Made by a program: the position numbers and the translations under genes. Shown here piece by piece: positions 59,464 to 64,000 of a stretch of DNA of 64,000 nucleotides (its first letter is position 1; the number at the start of each line of letters is the position of its first letter). The notes below the pieces were generated by a model, which was not told the origin of the DNA, ran no database searches, and saw only the letters and a program-made list of their open reading frames with translations. The DNA comes from Octopus sinensis (lineage: Eukaryota), in the NCBI RefSeq assembly GCF_006345805.1, contig NC_042997.1:212412001-212476000 (forward strand), read 5' to 3'.

Positions 59464-60075
59464 CAAAGTTGAGTTGTGGGGTATCGCACGAGTGGAATTA
59501 TATACGAAAGAAGGTTTGAAAATGCAATTTAAAAGATGTTTATTTACTTTACTGGTTTCACTCTTTGGAAAAGATTGTCAAAAGTAACATGTGGAAGTTT
59601 GGTTGCGTTAATTATTGGTTGTTGCAAATTGCTACATTACATATATATATACAGTCTTTGGTAACAGGGACATGTTAAGGACATAAAAAAGTACAACAGT
59701 ATGTTGAGAATATAAAGAGGTTTAACAAGCTCATTGAAAAAATGGGCAGAAAAGATTAAAACAAATATATTATACATCTCAGGGTAATTTCCAGGAGGAA
59801 TTATTAAAAAAGTTCAGTACAGAATATTATGAATTCAAAAAGATTTACATTAATGTAGTGCTGAGGTTGTTACTGACCTGTCCGTTTTAGCAGAAATATA
59901 TATATATATATATATATGACGGGCTTCTTTCAGTTTCCATCTACCAAATCCACTCACAAGGCTTTGGTCGACCTGAGGCTATAGTAGAAGACACTTGCCC
60001 AAGGTGCCACACAGTGGGACTGAACCCGGAACCATGTGGTTGGTACACAAGCTACTTACCACACAGTCACTCCTG
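59222..60075 (-). mobile_element. SINE family B split by a ~450-bp insertion in its internal microsatellite
   Basis: 3' half 59222-59420 and 5' half ~59915-60075 are continuous once 59461-59900 is removed. Confidence 0.85.
59461..59900 (-). mobile_element. PLE-like insertion carrying a hammerhead-like motif (59544-59587)
   Basis: TTACTT-TTGACAA-TCTTT-tcc-AAAGA-gt-GAAA-CCAG-TA-AAGTAA; (TA)n on both sides. Confidence 0.55.
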
Positions 60076-60099
60076 CGCCTGTTGGTTCCTGTTGGTTTC

Positions 60100-60415
60100 A
60101 CTTAAAACTTGGTAGGCTCCTGGCACTCCATCAGTTGTGTCAACTAATGTTCCAGTTGAGCCAACCAATGGAACAACCAGTTCATGAAATTCGCATGCAA
60201 GTGGCTGAGTACTCCGTAGACATGTTTACTCTACATGTAGTTCTCAAGGAGATTCAGTGTGACGCAGATTGTAACAAGGTACAATACGGGTTTTCCAACT
60301 GAGTGAACTGGAGCAACGTGAAGGAAAGTGTCTTGCTTAAGGACACAAGGCATCGCCAGGAATCGAACTCACAACTTTATGATTGTGAGCTGACTACCCT
60401 AACCACTTAGCTTCA
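60100..60415 (-). mobile_element. tRNA-derived SINE family E
   Basis: Head (reverse complement of ggaatcgaactcac..ctaaccact) plus gagtgaactggagcaacgtgaa..gtcttgcttaaggacacaa domain; a shorter relative lies at ~41220-41310. Confidence 0.7.
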
Positions 60416-61317
60416 TGCTTTTCACTCTCATCATCATTCAATATCTGTTTTCCATGCTGGCATGGGTTGGATGATCTGACAAGAACAGGTAAGGCTGAGG
60501 GCTTCACCAGGTTCCGTTGTTTGTTCTGGCCATAGTTTCTATGACTGGACGCCCTTGTACAATGCATAAGATGACATTTCCATCAACTGGCGCCATCCTT
60601 ATAATTATAAGATGAATACTCCATCTAGGGAGGAGGGGGGGGGCTCAAAGAGGCCATAAACAAGAAAGATTACTTCAATAAAATCAGTTAATCCAAAATT
60701 TTGAACACATTAGACAATGTAGGCAGGAGATAGCAACTGGTTAATGTAATGAATAGGATTGGGTTTCCACCTGTATAGGGAAATATCTTCAGAACACAGA
60801 ATGCTGGATTTGAGATGGTATCCACCTAAGACTGAGGGTCAGCAGTGTTTGTGTGTGTGTAGTGAGAGAGAGAAAGTAGTGACGCTGCTGTGATTTTCAG
60901 CAACACAGCTAGAAACGTATTCAGAGGAGTTTTTTTCTGTTTGATAAATATAAGCTCAATAGGAGTTAACTTCCATGTTGTGTTTTTACCTTTTAGATAT
61001 CAAAAGGGAGTTTTTGTATACTAATAACTTACATAGCTTAATTCAACTGAAATTTCTCATTCTTTGTATTATGCACGTGAGACAGTATTTCGCAGAAAGA
61101 AACCAACCCTGAAGCATTTTTAGTCACCCTTTATTGATATTTATAACAAGTGTCACTATTTTTTCTCCCTCCCCCCCCCCTCTCTCTCTCCCCACTTTCC
61201 AATCCCATAATGTAGGTTTAAGACCCTACTGCAGGGCATCATGGGCAAGTGTCTTCTACTGTAGCCTCAAGCTGATCAAAGCCTTGTCAGTGAACTTGGC
61301 AGACAGTCTGAAAAGCC

Positions 61318-61502
61318 CATCATCATCATCGTTTAACGTCTGTTCTCCATGCTAGCATGGGTTGGACGGTTCAACTGGGTATCTGGGAAGCCAGAAGGCT
61401 GCACCAGGCTCCGGTCTTATCTGGCAATGTTTCTACAGCTGGATGCCCTTCCTAACGCCAACCACTCCGTGAGTGTAGTGGGTGCTTTTTATGTGCCACC
61501 TG

Positions 61503-61505
<3 letters not shown>
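61318..61505 (-). mobile_element. RTE tail fragment
   Basis: Shared tail motif. Confidence 0.85.
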
Positions 61506-61538
<33 letters not shown>

Positions 61539-61810
61539 CTTTCCTTTTATGTTTTACGGGTTTCAGCCAGATACTGAGGCCATGCGGGTGCACCACTTTT
61601 ACTGCATCCGAGGATTTTTCCAGTATTGCTTCTGGTTTATGAAACTAGTTCTGTATTCACCATGGTAACTTTAAAATAAACCTCATTCATCTCACCCACA
61701 TTCTACAATCATTTCATCTCAAGGAGATTTGCCAATGTTTTATTGAAACATTGATCATTCAACACACAGGGAAGATAAGGTTTTTTTAACCGCTCTTCTT
61801 CGTCTCTCTA

Positions 61811-62040
61811 TCATCATCATCATCATCGTGTAACATCTGCTTTCCATGCTGGCATGGGTTGGGCAGTCTGACTGAGGATTGGCAATCCAGAAGGCTGCAC
61901 CAGGCTCCACTTTGATCTGGCAAGGTTTCTACAGCTGGATGCCCTTCCTAATGCCAACCATTCTGAGAGTGTAGTGGGTGCATTTTACGTGCCATTGGCA
62001 TGAGGGCCAGTTGGGTGATACTGGCATCAGCCATAACAAT
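61811..62040 (-). mobile_element. RTE tail fragment
   Basis: Shared tail motif. Confidence 0.85.
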
Positions 62041-62052
62041 GATTTCTATGTT

Positions 62053-62084
<32 letters not shown>

Positions 62085-62104
62085 CATACATATATACATA
62101 CAAA

Positions 62105-62147
<43 letters not shown>

Positions 62148-62149
62148 AT

Positions 62150-63120
62150 TAATAAAAGGAATTCCAACCTTGTCTGATTTTCACCTTTTATTTACAATCT
62201 TATAATGATATATTATAAGACAATATAATATAATAGAATAAAATAAAATAAAATAGTAGAATGTTAAATGTTCATTTTGATTGAACTAGTACTTTCATGC
62301 ATTAAATTCTGCAATCTTCAGGTTCCTGTAGTAGTGGTGACAGTCATGCTTCACAAGTTTTGACTGTAGCAAGATGATTGAATTTGTGCCTTAAATACAG
62401 CTGTGTAGGCTCCAGATTGCTAGGTTTTGCAAACTGTATTCTGACCAATCAGTGTGTAGTATCACTCAATTACTTAAGCTGATTGGTTGGTTGAGCTGAT
62501 TGGTTTAGGTGTCACGCTTTGTTGGACATGTCAAGAGTCCTGTATCTTAACCCTGGCCGAAGCAGCAATTGTTGGGCTATTTTTAGAAATGTTGTAAATA
62601 GCCTTTGTCAGAGATTTTTATATTTTTATATTTCAATTGTCATCATCATCGTTGTCAGCACCTTAATTATTGTTGCTAGTGGTGATGGTGGTGACAATAG
62701 AACTTTTAACCCTAAATAAGATAATTTTCCTGCTATCTAAGTATTATTATTATTGCTTATTTAGCTTGGGTTCGAATTTATCAATAAAATTCTTTTCTCT
62801 GATTTTCCTCTCAATTTCACTTGGGCTTTGTAATTTGTAGAATGGAAATATTATATATATTTTCTGACCACATGTTGCTAGGTGGTTACTCAAAGGTATC
62901 TGACGGACCTCTGGGTCTCTAATCTGTTCTCGGTGTACACGTGAGCGTTCTGATAGTGCGTTTCCCGTCTGACCTACATATATTTCTTCACAATATGGGC
63001 ATTTGATGCAGTAAATTAAATATCTGATTTTGCAGTTCATATTCGCGCTAATGATCTAAGTGATATGATATATATGTAAAAAATGTAATATATAAATAAA
63101 TATCTGTAAATATAAACCAT
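62150..63120 (-). mobile_element. 5'-truncated Penelope-like retroelement: GIY-YIG endonuclease plus 3' pLTR
   Basis: Open frame 62750-63040 ..YLIYCIKCPYCEEIYVGQTGNALSERSRVHREQI..HL..ERKIREKNFIDKFEPKLN*; hammerhead in the 3' region; (TA)n on both sides. Confidence 0.93.
62283..62325 (-). ncRNA. Type I hammerhead ribozyme motif in the Penelope pLTR
   Basis: GAAC-CTGAAGA-tTGCA-gaatttaa-TGCAt-GAAA-GTAC-TA-GTTC; core intact, palindromic stem III AGTACT, U.U at the base of stem II. Confidence 0.75.
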
Positions 63121-63152
63121 CCGATCTTCTGATTACCTCATTTCTTCTAATT

Positions 63153-63186
<34 letters not shown>

Positions 63187-63232
63187 ATATACATACATAT
63201 ATATATGTGTATATATATATATATATATATAG

Positions 63233-63982
63233 AATCATCATCATCATCATCATTTAGCGTCCGCTTTCCATGCTAGCATGGGTTGGATGGTTCAACTTGG
63301 GTCTGTGAAGCCAGAAAGCTGCATCAGGCCCAGTCTGATCTGGCAGTGTTTCTACAGCTGGATGCCCTTCCTAACGCCAACCACTCCGTGAGTGTAGTGG
63401 GTGCTTTTTACGTGCCACCTGCACAGGTGCCAGACGGAGCTGGCAAACGGCCACGAACGGATGGTGCTTTTACGTACAACCGGTATGGGGGCCAGGCGAG
63501 GCTGGCAACGGACACGAACGGATGGTGTTTTTACGTGCCACCGGCACGGAGGCCAGTCGGGGTGGCGCTGGCAACTGCCACGATCGGATGGTTCGCTTAA
63601 CCACAGCTGCAATTTCCATTGAAGTTGATCGACTTCGATTTTGGTTCTGCTTTCTGATATCTGATTTGATTTGGTTTGATTTTGATTTGATTTGATCTTC
63701 ACTTATCTCAACGGGTCTTCACAAGTGGAGTTTTGTGTCCCAAGAAGGAAAGGTATGTAGGCCACAGGTTATGTTCTCACTGGTCTTGCCGGGTCTTCTC
63801 ACACACAGCATACTTCCATAGGTCTCAGTCCCTAGTCATTTCCTTGGTGAGACCTAAAGTTCGAAGGTCGTGCTTCACCACCTCGTCCCAGGTTTTCCTG
63901 GGTCTACCTCTTCCACAGGTTCCCTCAACTGCTAGGGTGTGGCACTTTCGCACACAACTATCTTCAGCCATTCTTGTCACAT
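63233..63982 (-). mobile_element. 5'-truncated RTE LINE (RT end, 3'UTR with subrepeats and (GATTT)n, tail)
   Basis: Reverse complement encodes KCHTLAVEGTCGRGRPRKTWDEVVKHDLRTLG; (CAT)n tail at 63233. Confidence 0.92.
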
Positions 63983-64000
63983 GAATATTAGAAAAAAACC

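Overview
Eukaryotic, AT-rich, repeat-dense DNA. The SINE/LINE families and the host protein point to a coleoid cephalopod, most likely Octopus (inference). The window lies inside the mitochondrial calcium uniporter (MCU) gene on the + strand. Two coding exons are visible: 23808-23912 (105 nt) and 51538-51701 (164 nt). They have canonical AG/GT sites, join in frame across a 27,625-bp intron, and correspond to human MCU residues ~131-219. The flanking exons were not found, so the remainder is inferred to be intronic. The introns contain R4/Dong and RTE LINE fragments, tRNA-derived SINEs, two mariner remnants, MITE-like and Helitron-like elements, Penelope-like (PLE) pieces, microsatellites and a ~2-kb 20-bp satellite. 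Main result of the hunt: eleven type I hammerhead-ribozyme (HHR)-like motifs from about six sequence families, most in PLE-like segments embedded in (TA)n tracts. They include a fully canonical sense-strand HHR (21897-21979) paired with its own antisense copy in a 170-bp hairpin, an identical 180-bp tandem HHR dimer resembling a retrozyme (46427-46760), and a tRNA-headed element with an HHR-bearing tail that appears to be a head-to-head palindrome. All ribozyme calls come from manual folding; none has been tested for activity.
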